Below are positions 10,080 through 18,832 of a DNA stretch of 64,000 nucleotides, one piece after another. This DNA comes from a virus (Duplodnaviria; Caudoviricetes). Location: the IMG/VR virus record IMGVR_UViG_3300009183_004565; one strand, written 5' to 3'. Below the pieces are notes generated by a model that saw nothing but the letters and a program-made list of their open reading frames with translations, ran no database searches and was not told the DNA's origin. Made by a program: the position numbers and the translations under genes. Within the stretch, counting starts at the first letter, position 1. Every line of letters starts with the position of its first letter.

Positions 10080-10672
10080 TGCCACTGGATTTTACTCTAA
10101 TAGAAAAAGCAACTAACTATTCAATTGATCAATTTGATAAAAAAACTTCAACAGATTGTCCTTATATTTTTATATTACATGAGTTCTTGGATCCTGAACT
10201 ACTAGAAAAATTATATAAGTTTGCCTTATCTAATAATAACTGGAGCATACAAGAAGACTATAAAAAAATAGGATATCGTAACAGTAGATTTAAACTCAAT
10301 TGGGAAAGTGATACTGTCATCGAGGAAACACATATTGTTCTTGAAAATTTAACACAAGTACTCAATCAGTTTTACAATAAGAATAATAAATTTCTAGGTA
10401 TAAATCTATGGAAAGATGTAACAGGATTTAGTCTGTCTAAACATGTAGATAATCCTGATATAGATCTAGCAATGCAAATTTACTTAAACAACGGCACAGA
10501 TGATCTAGGCACTACGTTTACCTATCAAGACACTATTGTCAACACACCGTATATTGAAAATCATGGATACATAATGGACAATTTAGGGAAAGTTGTACAC
10601 TATTTTGATTCAACAATTCCATTGAATTATACAAGATACAGTCTTTATGCTATATGGACCAAAATTCAATAA
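10079..10672 (+). CDS. 2OG-Fe(II) oxygenase
   Basis: HVD (HxD), distal His in VHYF, RYS 2OG-binding motif, QIYLN strand. Confidence 0.75.
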   Translation: MPLDFTLIEKATNYSIDQFDKKTSTDCPYIFILHEFLDPELLEKLYKFALSNNNWSIQEDYKKIGYRNSRFKLNWESDTVIEETHIVLENLTQVLNQFYNKNNKFLGINLWKDVTGFSLSKHVDNPDIDLAMQIYLNNGTDDLGTTFTYQDTIVNTPYIENHGYIMDNLGKVVHYFDSTIPLNYTRYSLYAIWTKIQ

Positions 10673-10695
10673 ATACTTTAAATTCGGGGCAGATT

Positions 10696-10944
10696 TTGCA
10701 AAAAAAGACTCGTAGCATACTTGATGAATTGGCACATTTACCAGTGTCGCGTGATCGCGAAAATCTGGTAGAAAGTAGAGCTACGCACGTAATTAGTGGG
10801 GCTATCAATCTTATTAATTATATTAAAGAAAATTATGATCAAGAGCAAGCGGCAGAATTAGAACGTAGACTTCTTAACAGTATCAGATCGCAAGATCCTG
10901 CAAAATTTAGCCGCGGTGTAAGGAGATTTAAGAATGATAATTAG
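10696..10944 (+). CDS. Hypothetical late protein
   Basis: Probable TTG start at 10696, downstream of AATAAATA (10667-10674); ORF-track start 10654 overlaps the previous gene. Confidence 0.6.
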   Translation: MQKKTRSILDELAHLPVSRDRENLVESRATHVISGAINLINYIKENYDQEQAAELERRLLNSIRSQDPAKFSRGVRRFKNDN

Positions 10945-11674
10945 CGAAGGCGGGAACGTATTTAAAGGTCCCAACAAAGAACCACTAACACAACGTATTA
11001 ATCGTGAGGATGTACCTGCTACCGTCAAGTGGCTTGAAAATGCTACCGGGCTAGCATTTCCTGAACAAACATGGTTGGGCACAACAGGACGCAAGTCAAG
11101 TTCCGGAGACTTAGATTTATCAGTTGACGAATCTAAATTGGACAAAGACACATTAGTACAAACTTTACTAGCCAATGGTGTAGATAAAAACAGTATTAAA
11201 AAGTCCGGTGATAGCGTACACGTTAAAACCCCTATTGCTGGCAATCCCAGTAACGGATTTGTGCAAGCTGATTTAATGTTTGGTGAACCAGACTGGCAAT
11301 CATTTAGTATGAGTGGATCTGCTGAAGGCAGTCAGCTGACTGGCATGAGCCGTCATATTATATTGGCCAGCATAGTCAGTGCATTGAACCCAGGACTCAA
11401 GTGGAGTTACAAAAACGGTCTAGTTGATCGTGTCACAAACACTACTATAGAAAACGGTAAAAGTCCAGCTACACTAAGCAAGATCACTGGTATACCTGCA
11501 GCCAAGTTAAACTCCGCAGATGATATTATTGACGCTGTTAGTAAACGACCTAACTATGCTCAACTAGTTGCGGCAGCAAGAGAAACACTGGCACAGAGTG
11601 ATATACAACTACCTGAAGCAGCGCCCGCACCGGGTACTGCAGCATGGTTTAGAACATATAGCGATAAGTTTTAA
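10934..11674 (+). CDS. Pol-beta-superfamily nucleotidyltransferase-like protein with short xxSE leader
   Basis: LGTTGRKSSSGDLDL resembles the hG[S/T]..D-x-D motif; third acid in VQADLMF; N-terminus MIISE. Confidence 0.55.
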   Translation: MIISEGGNVFKGPNKEPLTQRINREDVPATVKWLENATGLAFPEQTWLGTTGRKSSSGDLDLSVDESKLDKDTLVQTLLANGVDKNSIKKSGDSVHVKTPIAGNPSNGFVQADLMFGEPDWQSFSMSGSAEGSQLTGMSRHIILASIVSALNPGLKWSYKNGLVDRVTNTTIENGKSPATLSKITGIPAAKLNSADDIIDAVSKRPNYAQLVAAARETLAQSDIQLPEAAPAPGTAAWFRTYSDKF

Positions 11675-12786
11675 TGATATTAGATTTTATCAACATGCTT
11701 ACCGAGGCAGCAGATCCTCGTACACCGCACCCCGAAGATGCTATCTTTCAAGGTAGCGCCGCTGCGGCACAACAAGTGGCCGGTCTTAAATCAGTGATTG
11801 CAAATCCTACCAATCTAACAATTAAGTGGGACGGTAAGCCAGCATTAATATTTGGAAGAGACAAAGACGGCCAATTGGCCGTCATGGACAAGTATATGTG
11901 GGACGCCGGTGTGTTAGCCAAGAGTGTGAAAGAATGGCAGACCTATGATGCTAACAAAGCATCAGGTAATCTGCGTGGTAGCTTATACGACCTATTAGAA
12001 GTCGTATGGCCAGGTTTAAATGCAGCAGTACAAGGTCCTGGGTTTTATTGGGGCGATTTATTATATGCCGGACAACTGCAACCAGTACAAGGCAAGTTTG
12101 TTTTTCGCCCTAACCTAGTAGAATATCGTATCCCGATTAGCAGTCCTCTTGGTAAACAAATGGCCGGAACTGTGGGCGGAGTGGTAGTACATCAATACTA
12201 TTCAGAACGCGGAGCAGCACCCGTACAATGGAATGGTAAAGGCTTAGGTACAGTACCCGGCGGTGTTGCAATTATAAGTCCGACTGCAGGAAATAGATTT
12301 GCATTAAAAACTCCGGTACAACAAGAACGAGCTGCAGATGCTGCACTACAAAAATATGGTGCCGCGGTCGATCAATTACTAAGCACCGTTCCGCAGAGTG
12401 CTAGAGATAGAATTAAAACATACTTTAATAAATTTATCACAGGCCAAACTAAAGAAGCATTACACGATTGGCTGGCAGCAAATGTCAGTGGCAAGCAATA
12501 TCAAGCACTAGCCGGCGATGATCATACAGGTAGTTTATTTGCACAAGATGATCAAGGACAAATTGTAGAAAGTCCAGGTTATGTAGGGTTAAAAGCAATT
12601 TGGAACAGCGTCTATGCTTTTAAACAAAATCTAGCAAAGCAATTGGCACCACAAGTGCAAGGATTGGAAGAGTATGTAAATGGACAACCCGCCGGGGAAG
12701 GATTTGTGTTTCCCACACCCAGTGGACTAGTAAAAATAGTAGATAGAGAAGTGTTTTCCGCAGCCAATTTTGCGAAAAATGGCTAA
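11674..12786 (+). CDS. Phage protein with ligase-like KWDG motif
   Basis: TIKWDGKPALIFG resembles motif I (KxDG) of covalent nucleotidyltransferases; later GDLLY and GEGFV; N-terminus MILDFINMLTE. Confidence 0.45.
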   Translation: MILDFINMLTEAADPRTPHPEDAIFQGSAAAAQQVAGLKSVIANPTNLTIKWDGKPALIFGRDKDGQLAVMDKYMWDAGVLAKSVKEWQTYDANKASGNLRGSLYDLLEVVWPGLNAAVQGPGFYWGDLLYAGQLQPVQGKFVFRPNLVEYRIPISSPLGKQMAGTVGGVVVHQYYSERGAAPVQWNGKGLGTVPGGVAIISPTAGNRFALKTPVQQERAADAALQKYGAAVDQLLSTVPQSARDRIKTYFNKFITGQTKEALHDWLAANVSGKQYQALAGDDHTGSLFAQDDQGQIVESPGYVGLKAIWNSVYAFKQNLAKQLAPQVQGLEEYVNGQPAGEGFVFPTPSGLVKIVDREVFSAANFAKNG

Positions 12787-12790
12787 CTGG

Positions 12791-12839
12791 TATAAATATT
12801 AACATGCGGTAACGCAAATAATTAAGGAGAATTAAAATG
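12791..12839 (+). promoter_or_regulatory. T4-type late promoter, GNRA hairpin and SD (copy 1)
   Basis: TATAAATA 12791-12798, TGCG-GTAA-CGCA 12805-12816, AAGGAG, ATG 12837. Confidence 0.8.
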
Positions 12840-13289
12840 GCAATCGGAGTTACAAGAGTAAGTGGTGATTCACAATTAGTGAACAATGTTGGTGACGGTT
12901 ACACCCTAAACGCAAATGCACAAATTATCAACACAGGTATTGCAAGCCCAATCAAGGCTTACAAAATTACTACATTAGGTATTACAGCTAACCTAGCAAA
13001 CGAACTAAAAGGTCCAAGTACAGCAGGAAAAGACCCAGCGGTACACACTTTGTTAAAAACTATTGCAGCCAATGCTACAGTTTTAGCATATCAAGTTGAT
13101 GCTACTGGTTCAACAGCACAACTAAGCGTTATTGTTGAGCGTAGCAGCTGGGGCAGCGATGCAGACCTACAAGCCACTATTCGTACACTAAGTCACGATG
13201 GTACAGCTGGTGCTAACATTGGTGCATACGGTAACGTATTCCCAGCTTTAGCGGCAGTTACATCAACAGGCGGTATCAAAATAGCTTAA
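12837..13289 (+). CDS. Small late protein, paralogue A (probably virion structural)
   Basis: Starts MAIGVTR like the next gene; has its own late promoter, strong SD and terminator. Confidence 0.65.
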   Translation: MAIGVTRVSGDSQLVNNVGDGYTLNANAQIINTGIASPIKAYKITTLGITANLANELKGPSTAGKDPAVHTLLKTIAANATVLAYQVDATGSTAQLSVIVERSSWGSDADLQATIRTLSHDGTAGANIGAYGNVFPALAAVTSTGGIKIA

Positions 13290-13304
13290 TTAAACTAAGC
13301 GTTT

Positions 13305-13330
13305 AAAAAGCAGCTTCGGCTGCTTTTTTT
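13305..13330 (+). terminator. Intrinsic terminator
   Basis: aaaaagcagc-TTCG-gctgcttttttt: cUUCGg hairpin plus U-tract. Confidence 0.9.
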
Positions 13331-13338
13331 ATGACTGT

Positions 13339-13387
13339 AATAAATATATACATGCGGTAACGCAAATAATTTAGGAGAAATAAAATG
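13339..13387 (+). promoter_or_regulatory. T4-type late promoter, GNRA hairpin and SD (copy 2)
   Basis: AATAAATA 13339-13346, TGCG-GTAA-CGCA 13353-13364, AGGAG, ATG 13385. Confidence 0.8.
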
Positions 13388-13747
13388 GCAATAGGAGTTA
13401 CAAGAAGCGCAGGTTATGCATTTACAGGCACAACCGGTGTGTTAAATGGTGTTCAATACACTGAAGTCGGGCAGAGTATTGTGCTTTATGTTGTTGCATC
13501 GTTAAACTTATCGTCTGAAGATGACGCAGCAGATGAAGCATTTGAAGCAATTATTCAACTTTTTCCACCTGTATTAGCATATTATTCTCATGCTACTACT
13601 GGTGCAATTAGCTTGATCTGTGACGGTGTTAACGCACCAGCAGCAAGTGCATTACAAACAGCACTGCAAGCAATTGGCACAAGAAAAGGCGCAGTTAACC
13701 TATCAAGTGCAACTGTCACCGAAGGCACAAGTTTTGTAGTTAGCTAA
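13385..13747 (+). CDS. Small late protein, paralogue B (probably virion structural)
   Basis: MAIGVTR N-terminus; similar A-LQxA-xxG segment to paralogue A. Confidence 0.65.
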   Translation: MAIGVTRSAGYAFTGTTGVLNGVQYTEVGQSIVLYVVASLNLSSEDDAADEAFEAIIQLFPPVLAYYSHATTGAISLICDGVNAPAASALQTALQAIGTRKGAVNLSSATVTEGTSFVVS

Positions 13748-13769
13748 TCTAATTTAATTTAGTACAAAC

Positions 13770-13795
13770 AAAGGCAGACTTGTTCTGCCTTTTTT
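13770..13795 (+). terminator. Intrinsic terminator
   Basis: aaaggcaga-cttgt-tctgcctttttt. Confidence 0.85.
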
Positions 13796-13814
13796 GTTGT
13801 CTATAAATATCTAT

Positions 13815-14240
13815 ATGAAATTCTACACTGGTGTTACATTAGTTGATATTACTGCCACTGGAGTCACAAGACATCGAGCCGAGCAAGAGCTTGAACGTGA
13901 TCAACAACGTAATTGGGAAACAGTATTACAATGCATTGGACTCAGAGCGCAACCACAATTAATTGATGGTCCATTCTGTGATGAATACACAGTCGACGAG
14001 ACCAGCTTCTTTGGGGAAATGTACTACGGTAAGCAAAAGGTCTGGCTTTTTAGTTTTGGGGTAGAGTTTGATGATGTGTTTTTATTGGATGGAGATCCGG
14101 TAGGGCAATTAGATAAGGACTTTGCACAAGTGCCAATTATTTGTGGACTTGAAGAAACAGCTAGATTCATGCTTCCAATTTTTTACCCATATGGGGCAAT
14201 CAAAAACATATACTTTATAGATGGCAGGTACCGTCCATAA
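13815..14240 (+). CDS. Hypothetical late protein
   Basis: ATG 13815 lies 5 nt after TATAAATA (13802-13809); ORF-track TTG 13794 lies inside the terminator. Confidence 0.65.
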   Translation: MKFYTGVTLVDITATGVTRHRAEQELERDQQRNWETVLQCIGLRAQPQLIDGPFCDEYTVDETSFFGEMYYGKQKVWLFSFGVEFDDVFLLDGDPVGQLDKDFAQVPIICGLEETARFMLPIFYPYGAIKNIYFIDGRYRP

Positions 14241-14335
14241 ATATTAACGATTCATTGGCACAATTAGGCAACTCTCATGGCACATTTATTAGGCATTACC
14301 ACAGAACCCTCTTTCTTTAACGAAACGGAAACAAA

Positions 14336-14602
14336 ATGGCAGAGAGCGAAAGAACCAGCCTCGGGGCGCACGTGGATTTATGTGCTGAAAGATACCGAAG
14401 CTTGGAAGATAAATTAGATAAACTAGAGCATCGTATGGGTACGATGGAAGAACACATCATCATCATACGAACGAAACTGTCAGAGTCGGCTGCTGATGTG
14501 TCAAGCAAAAGCAGCACTCAGCTGATTTCTATTGGCACAGTGTTCGGGGCAGCATTGCTAACAGGACTAATTACAGTATTCATTCAATTTATACTAAAAT
14601 AA
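14336..14602 (+). CDS. Coiled-coil protein with C-terminal transmembrane helix
   Basis: Heptad LEDKLDKLEHRMGTMEE; hydrophobic tail LISIGTVFGAALLTGLITVFIQFIL. Confidence 0.6.
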   Translation: MAESERTSLGAHVDLCAERYRSLEDKLDKLEHRMGTMEEHIIIIRTKLSESAADVSSKSSTQLISIGTVFGAALLTGLITVFIQFILK

Positions 14603-14604
14603 TA

Positions 14605-14811
14605 ATGAAAATTATTGAACTATTAAATAAAGTACGTGTACCAATTACCAATGAAGAAGCAGACGTATTAGGACAATTTCATGATCGTTCAACTATCGCT
14701 AAAGAAGAGTTCGATCATAGACAAACGGTAGTTGCAAATCATCTAGTTAATAAAGACGTACTGCTGAGAAGAAATGAAGAAGGCAAAATCTACTATAAAA
14801 AGAAAATCTGA
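14605..14811 (+). CDS. Hypothetical protein
   Basis: 68-aa ORF in a coupled operon. Confidence 0.55.
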   Translation: MKIIELLNKVRVPITNEEADVLGQFHDRSTIAKEEFDHRQTVVANHLVNKDVLLRRNEEGKIYYKKKI

Positions 14812-15298
14812 ACTTGAGCTAGCTCAAAATGCATTCGCTGAATTCGGCACCAAATACATAAAACACTGGACAGAACAACAACTTAAACAATTTAGAACAC
14901 AGCCCGTGGTTATCCCAATTGGATCCCATGGGTTTTTTGTTGGTGGTTTTCGTATTACCGGAGTACATTCTGCCTGCTGGGCAGTAGAAAAAATAGATAG
15001 TCGTCACGTACACGATTTTACTTCAAAAGTTAATGCTATATTTTACTGTATCAACGAGGTACGTCAAAAATATGAAGCAGCACAAACACTATTAGATCTA
15101 GATACCAGTCTAGGACGACTAGATTTAGACATTGCACAATATGAATATACACTAGCAAAAACTCAGGATTTAGTTAAATCTGCAGTGGTGTTAAATAGGT
15201 GTATAGATGCTAAAATACAACGTCGACATATTTTAAATATTTTGAAAAAAACTTTAAATTCGACTAAATACTTGAACTTTGGGAAACAACCACTATGA
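14774..15298 (+). CDS. Hypothetical protein
   Basis: 174-aa ORF, ATGA-coupled to the next gene. Confidence 0.55.
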   Translation: MKKAKSTIKRKSELELAQNAFAEFGTKYIKHWTEQQLKQFRTQPVVIPIGSHGFFVGGFRITGVHSACWAVEKIDSRHVHDFTSKVNAIFYCINEVRQKYEAAQTLLDLDTSLGRLDLDIAQYEYTLAKTQDLVKSAVVLNRCIDAKIQRRHILNILKKTLNSTKYLNFGKQPL

Positions 15299-15993
15299 GA
15301 TTAACAGAAATGGGCGTAAAGCCTTCCGCTAAAAAAATTAATAAAGTAATGGAAAGTCGCTTTGGTATCAGCATTGATTACGCCAATTTAGACTTTGCGA
15401 AAGCTTATAAATTAGCTCGTGGGCTAACAGAAAGCCTTAATAAAATTAAGAGCAGCCACGGTATCCACGTAGCTGAAAAGAATCCAAAATACATGGAACT
15501 CTTAATGGTGCGTGAAGGTCTACATCGCTGGATGGTAGAGAATAAGCAACAGCTTATTATGGAAAGCGAAATGGGTAAGAGTCAAGCTATTCTTGCTGCC
15601 AAGGACATGGTTGACAGTATACAGGACATGCTGGAAGATGTAAGCAAAATGCAAAACGAGCAAATGCCTGCACTACTAGATACTATCCGTGATCAAATTG
15701 GCATGGAACAAGCCGATGCATTTAAAGCCAGTGTTGGTTCGTTACTGGCTAACATGGTTGACCAGCTAGGTTCAGCTCGTGAAAGTGCAGACCAAGCAGC
15801 TCGTGCATTAGCCGGCGAACAAGTAGCACAGCCAATGGCCATGGGAGGCGCAGGCGGTATGCCAGCTCCAGGTGGTATGGGTGGCAACATGGGTATGACA
15901 CCAGATATGGGTAGCGACCTTGACACTGATGAATTTGCTGCAACAGATGCAGCAGCAGGTGGTGATTTAGCACTAGGTAGAGAGAAGCGTTAA
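15295..15993 (+). CDS. Probable head-assembly/scaffold-like protein
   Basis: Helical protein with M/G-rich and acidic C-terminus; several L/I-x-E sites (MRLTE, GLTE, LIME) resembling prohead-protease sites. Confidence 0.4.
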   Translation: MRLTEMGVKPSAKKINKVMESRFGISIDYANLDFAKAYKLARGLTESLNKIKSSHGIHVAEKNPKYMELLMVREGLHRWMVENKQQLIMESEMGKSQAILAAKDMVDSIQDMLEDVSKMQNEQMPALLDTIRDQIGMEQADAFKASVGSLLANMVDQLGSARESADQAARALAGEQVAQPMAMGGAGGMPAPGGMGGNMGMTPDMGSDLDTDEFAATDAAAGGDLALGREKR

Positions 15994-16406
15994 TGCGTAT
16001 ACGCGATGTCATCGTCGAAGACCAGATCGACGATATGTTAGAAGATGAAGCCGAAGGACGTGGTGATGCTAATCTAATCACCACGTTAGAGTTTTTACGC
16101 AATCGCGCTCATGATACCCACGTACAACCTCGTGTACGTGCTGATAGTTTAATTAATCTTGTACAAACAACCGGTGACCAACAATTCACTTTAGAAAATC
16201 TTCTTGACGCTTACAGTGACAACGAAAATATCAAAGCATTAATCAAAGACATCAAAGATGATTCCACCGGAGTCAAGTATGTGTATCTCCAACCATTTGC
16301 TGATGATTCAGAAATGGCTGCAATAGGCGACGAAAATGCTCCACGTACCGCACCAGAAAAGACTGTAGATGCAATGGCTAAGTCAGCTCTTGCAAAACGC
16401 GGTTAA
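15993..16406 (+). CDS. Hypothetical acidic protein with MRIRDVIVE leader
   Basis: TAATG-coupled; leader resembles the capsid-targeting motif seen at 55-63 kb. Confidence 0.55.
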   Translation: MRIRDVIVEDQIDDMLEDEAEGRGDANLITTLEFLRNRAHDTHVQPRVRADSLINLVQTTGDQQFTLENLLDAYSDNENIKALIKDIKDDSTGVKYVYLQPFADDSEMAAIGDENAPRTAPEKTVDAMAKSALAKRG

Positions 16407-16418
16407 ATAATTTATAAT
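16390..16418 (+). promoter_or_regulatory. Sigma70-like promoter upstream of iscU
   Basis: TTGCAA-17 bp-TATAAT; TAAATA also at 16404-16409. Confidence 0.6.
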
Positions 16419-16438
16419 AATCCTTTAGGAGTACTGTT

Positions 16439-16819
16439 ATGGCTTACTCAAGTGAAGTCTTAGATCATTACGAGAATCCTCGCAATGTTGGTAAAATGGA
16501 CAAAACAGATCCTACTGTAGGTACAGGTCTGGTTGGTGCACCTGCTTGCGGAGACGTACTACAACTCCAAATTCGAGTACAAGACAATGTCATTACTGAT
16601 GCGAAATTTAAAACATATGGCTGCGGCTCGGCGATTGCTTCATCGTCGCTCGTTTCGGAATGGATTAAGGGTAAGACTCTTGAAGAGGCAGGATCAATTA
16701 AGAATACCCAGATTGCGGAAGAGCTTGCGCTCCCTCCTGTTAAGATACACTGCTCAATTTTAGCTGAAGATGCTATCAAAGCTGCCTTAGAGGACTACAA
16801 AAAGAAACACAATGATTAA
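16439..16819 (+). CDS. iscU: Fe-S cluster scaffold IscU
   Basis: YSxxVLDHYENPRNVG, GAPACGD, FKTYGCGSAIAS, LPPVKIHCS: all three Cys present. Confidence 0.96.
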   Translation: MAYSSEVLDHYENPRNVGKMDKTDPTVGTGLVGAPACGDVLQLQIRVQDNVITDAKFKTYGCGSAIASSSLVSEWIKGKTLEEAGSIKNTQIAEELALPPVKIHCSILAEDAIKAALEDYKKKHND

Positions 16820-18497
16820 GGTTTTGTTTTACCATGCAACTGATTCTTCGCCATCAACTGCTCAAAACAAAAAACTTTTTTTGTCAATAGCTGCCATTTA
16901 TCTAAAGACTCATTTAGAAATAAATCACCCAGACATAGCCAAGCAGATTGAGTGGTTAATACCGTTACAGCATAGATTGTCCGATGATGAATTATTGAAA
17001 ATATGCCATGAGCAACAACCAGATTTACTATGCACTAGTCATTATATCTGGAATCAATCATTTTTAACAGAACAACTTGAAAGAATTAAAAAAAAATTAA
17101 ATTCCTCTTGTAAGATATTAGCAGGTGGTCCTAGCATTGATGTTAATATTAATTCTAATTTTTTTAAAGATTATCCATTTATTGATTATGCTGTTTACGG
17201 TGCCGGCGAAGCGGCTTTTGCTGATTTAGTTTCCCATTTGATTAACAACAAAAAACTAGTTGCATTTAATGTTTCTAATTTGGCCTGGCAGGATAACAGC
17301 AAAACATTTATTTCTGATTACAAGTATGTGTCACAATCTAAAATTAGTCCTTTTTTATATAACGAAGATTTTTTTACAAAAATAGTTGAAAATGAATATA
17401 AAAATGATTATAAAATAATACTTCCATATGAGCTTACAAGAGGGTGTCCTTACTCTTGTACTTTTTGTGATTGGAACAGCGGATTAAGCACTAAAGTAAC
17501 AAGAAGAAAAGAAACATATAAACAAGAAATAGATTTATTTCAAAAGTTAAAAATACAAGACCTGTATCTTGCTGATGCAAATTTTGGACAATACGACGAA
17601 GACGTTGCCCTTGCTGAATATTTGGTACATAAAAATCTCAATGAGAATGCCGGATTTACAACAGAGTCAAATCCCAGTAAACTAAAAAAAGACAATAATC
17701 TTAAAATTTATCATTTATTTGCTAAAGGAAATTTAGTAAGCAAGCATTGGGGATTTACGTTTAGTGTGCAAGATATTAATCCTACAGTTCTAAAAAATAT
17801 CAATCGACCCGATGTGGGGTGGGATGTACATTTAGACATGATCAATGAATTAAGTTTACACTATCCTGATATACAACCTAAGGTACAATTTATATTAGGG
17901 TTGCCGGGCCAGAATAAAAAAACAATTAGAGAATCGCTGGGAGAAATTACAAAACATAATCTTCGTTTATGTTTATTTTTAAACGAATTACTACCGGCTA
18001 GTCCTGCTTCTCTTGACAAAACATACCAAGAGAAGTTTAAGTTTAAATATAGTAACAGTGAACGTTACAATGAATTTGGATATTTTAAAGGAAGTTTTCC
18101 TGAATCTTGTATATCATTTGATAGAGAAGAATTGGTAGAAATGATTATAATTGGTAGCTTTTATTCTGGCTTATCAATTTTACGTTTTAAAAGTGAATAC
18201 TTAAATATAGATATTGAACGTACAGTTGATCATTTCATTGAATCCAAATATTATAAGTTACTCAAAGAGGATTTACTAACAAATTGGATTAGCAATGATA
18301 AATTTTATTTCACTAAGAATTTTGATGGCAGTAAAAAAATTATTTCAGCCTGCTTACTACAACTTGCATCAGAAGAGTGGACAAACACAAAACAGTTTAA
18401 TTTAATGATAGCTGAAGTACATAACAATGACAGAGACTTTATAAAAAAACTCATCAAACAAAAAGCAATGCCAACTTGGTTTCCTGAAGCCCACTAA
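16812..18497 (+). CDS. B12-binding-domain radical SAM protein
   Basis: TRGCPYSCTFC (CxxxCxxC); N-terminal cobalamin-binding-like region (ILAGGP, YAVYGAGE); FILGLPGQ. Confidence 0.8.
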   Translation: MIKVLFYHATDSSPSTAQNKKLFLSIAAIYLKTHLEINHPDIAKQIEWLIPLQHRLSDDELLKICHEQQPDLLCTSHYIWNQSFLTEQLERIKKKLNSSCKILAGGPSIDVNINSNFFKDYPFIDYAVYGAGEAAFADLVSHLINNKKLVAFNVSNLAWQDNSKTFISDYKYVSQSKISPFLYNEDFFTKIVENEYKNDYKIILPYELTRGCPYSCTFCDWNSGLSTKVTRRKETYKQEIDLFQKLKIQDLYLADANFGQYDEDVALAEYLVHKNLNENAGFTTESNPSKLKKDNNLKIYHLFAKGNLVSKHWGFTFSVQDINPTVLKNINRPDVGWDVHLDMINELSLHYPDIQPKVQFILGLPGQNKKTIRESLGEITKHNLRLCLFLNELLPASPASLDKTYQEKFKFKYSNSERYNEFGYFKGSFPESCISFDREELVEMIIIGSFYSGLSILRFKSEYLNIDIERTVDHFIESKYYKLLKEDLLTNWISNDKFYFTKNFDGSKKIISACLLQLASEEWTNTKQFNLMIAEVHNNDRDFIKKLIKQKAMPTWFPEAH

Positions 18498-18505
18498 GGA
18501 GATAT

Positions 18506-18832
18506 ATGATCACACTGACAGAGATAGCTGCAAAGAAAGTATTAAAGCACATTGAGAAACGTGGTAAAGGTGTGGGTATTACTGTTGGTGTAAGAACCAC
18601 CGGGTGCTCGGGTCTCGCATATAAATTAGAATACGTTGACAATCCTCCGGTGACCCGTGATTGGTTTAAGTACGAAAGCCACGGAGTATCAGTATGGGTA
18701 AACGGTAAAGACACTCCTTATATCAATGGACTTACCATGGATTATAAACGACAAGGACTCAATGAAGGCTTTGAGTTCATCAACCCAAATGAAACAGCCC
18801 GATGCGGTTGTGGAGAAAGTTTCAAAGTATAA
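18506..18832 (+). CDS. iscA: A-type Fe-S carrier IscA/HesB
   Basis: ITLTExAA N-terminus, TGCSG, NPNETARCGCGESF. Confidence 0.95.
   Translation: MITLTEIAAKKVLKHIEKRGKGVGITVGVRTTGCSGLAYKLEYVDNPPVTRDWFKYESHGVSVWVNGKDTPYINGLTMDYKRQGLNEGFEFINPNETARCGCGESFKV

Noticed and set aside
14336-14602. Holin call
   Set aside because: A single C-terminal TM helix plus coiled coil is not diagnostic, and no adjacent endolysin supports it.
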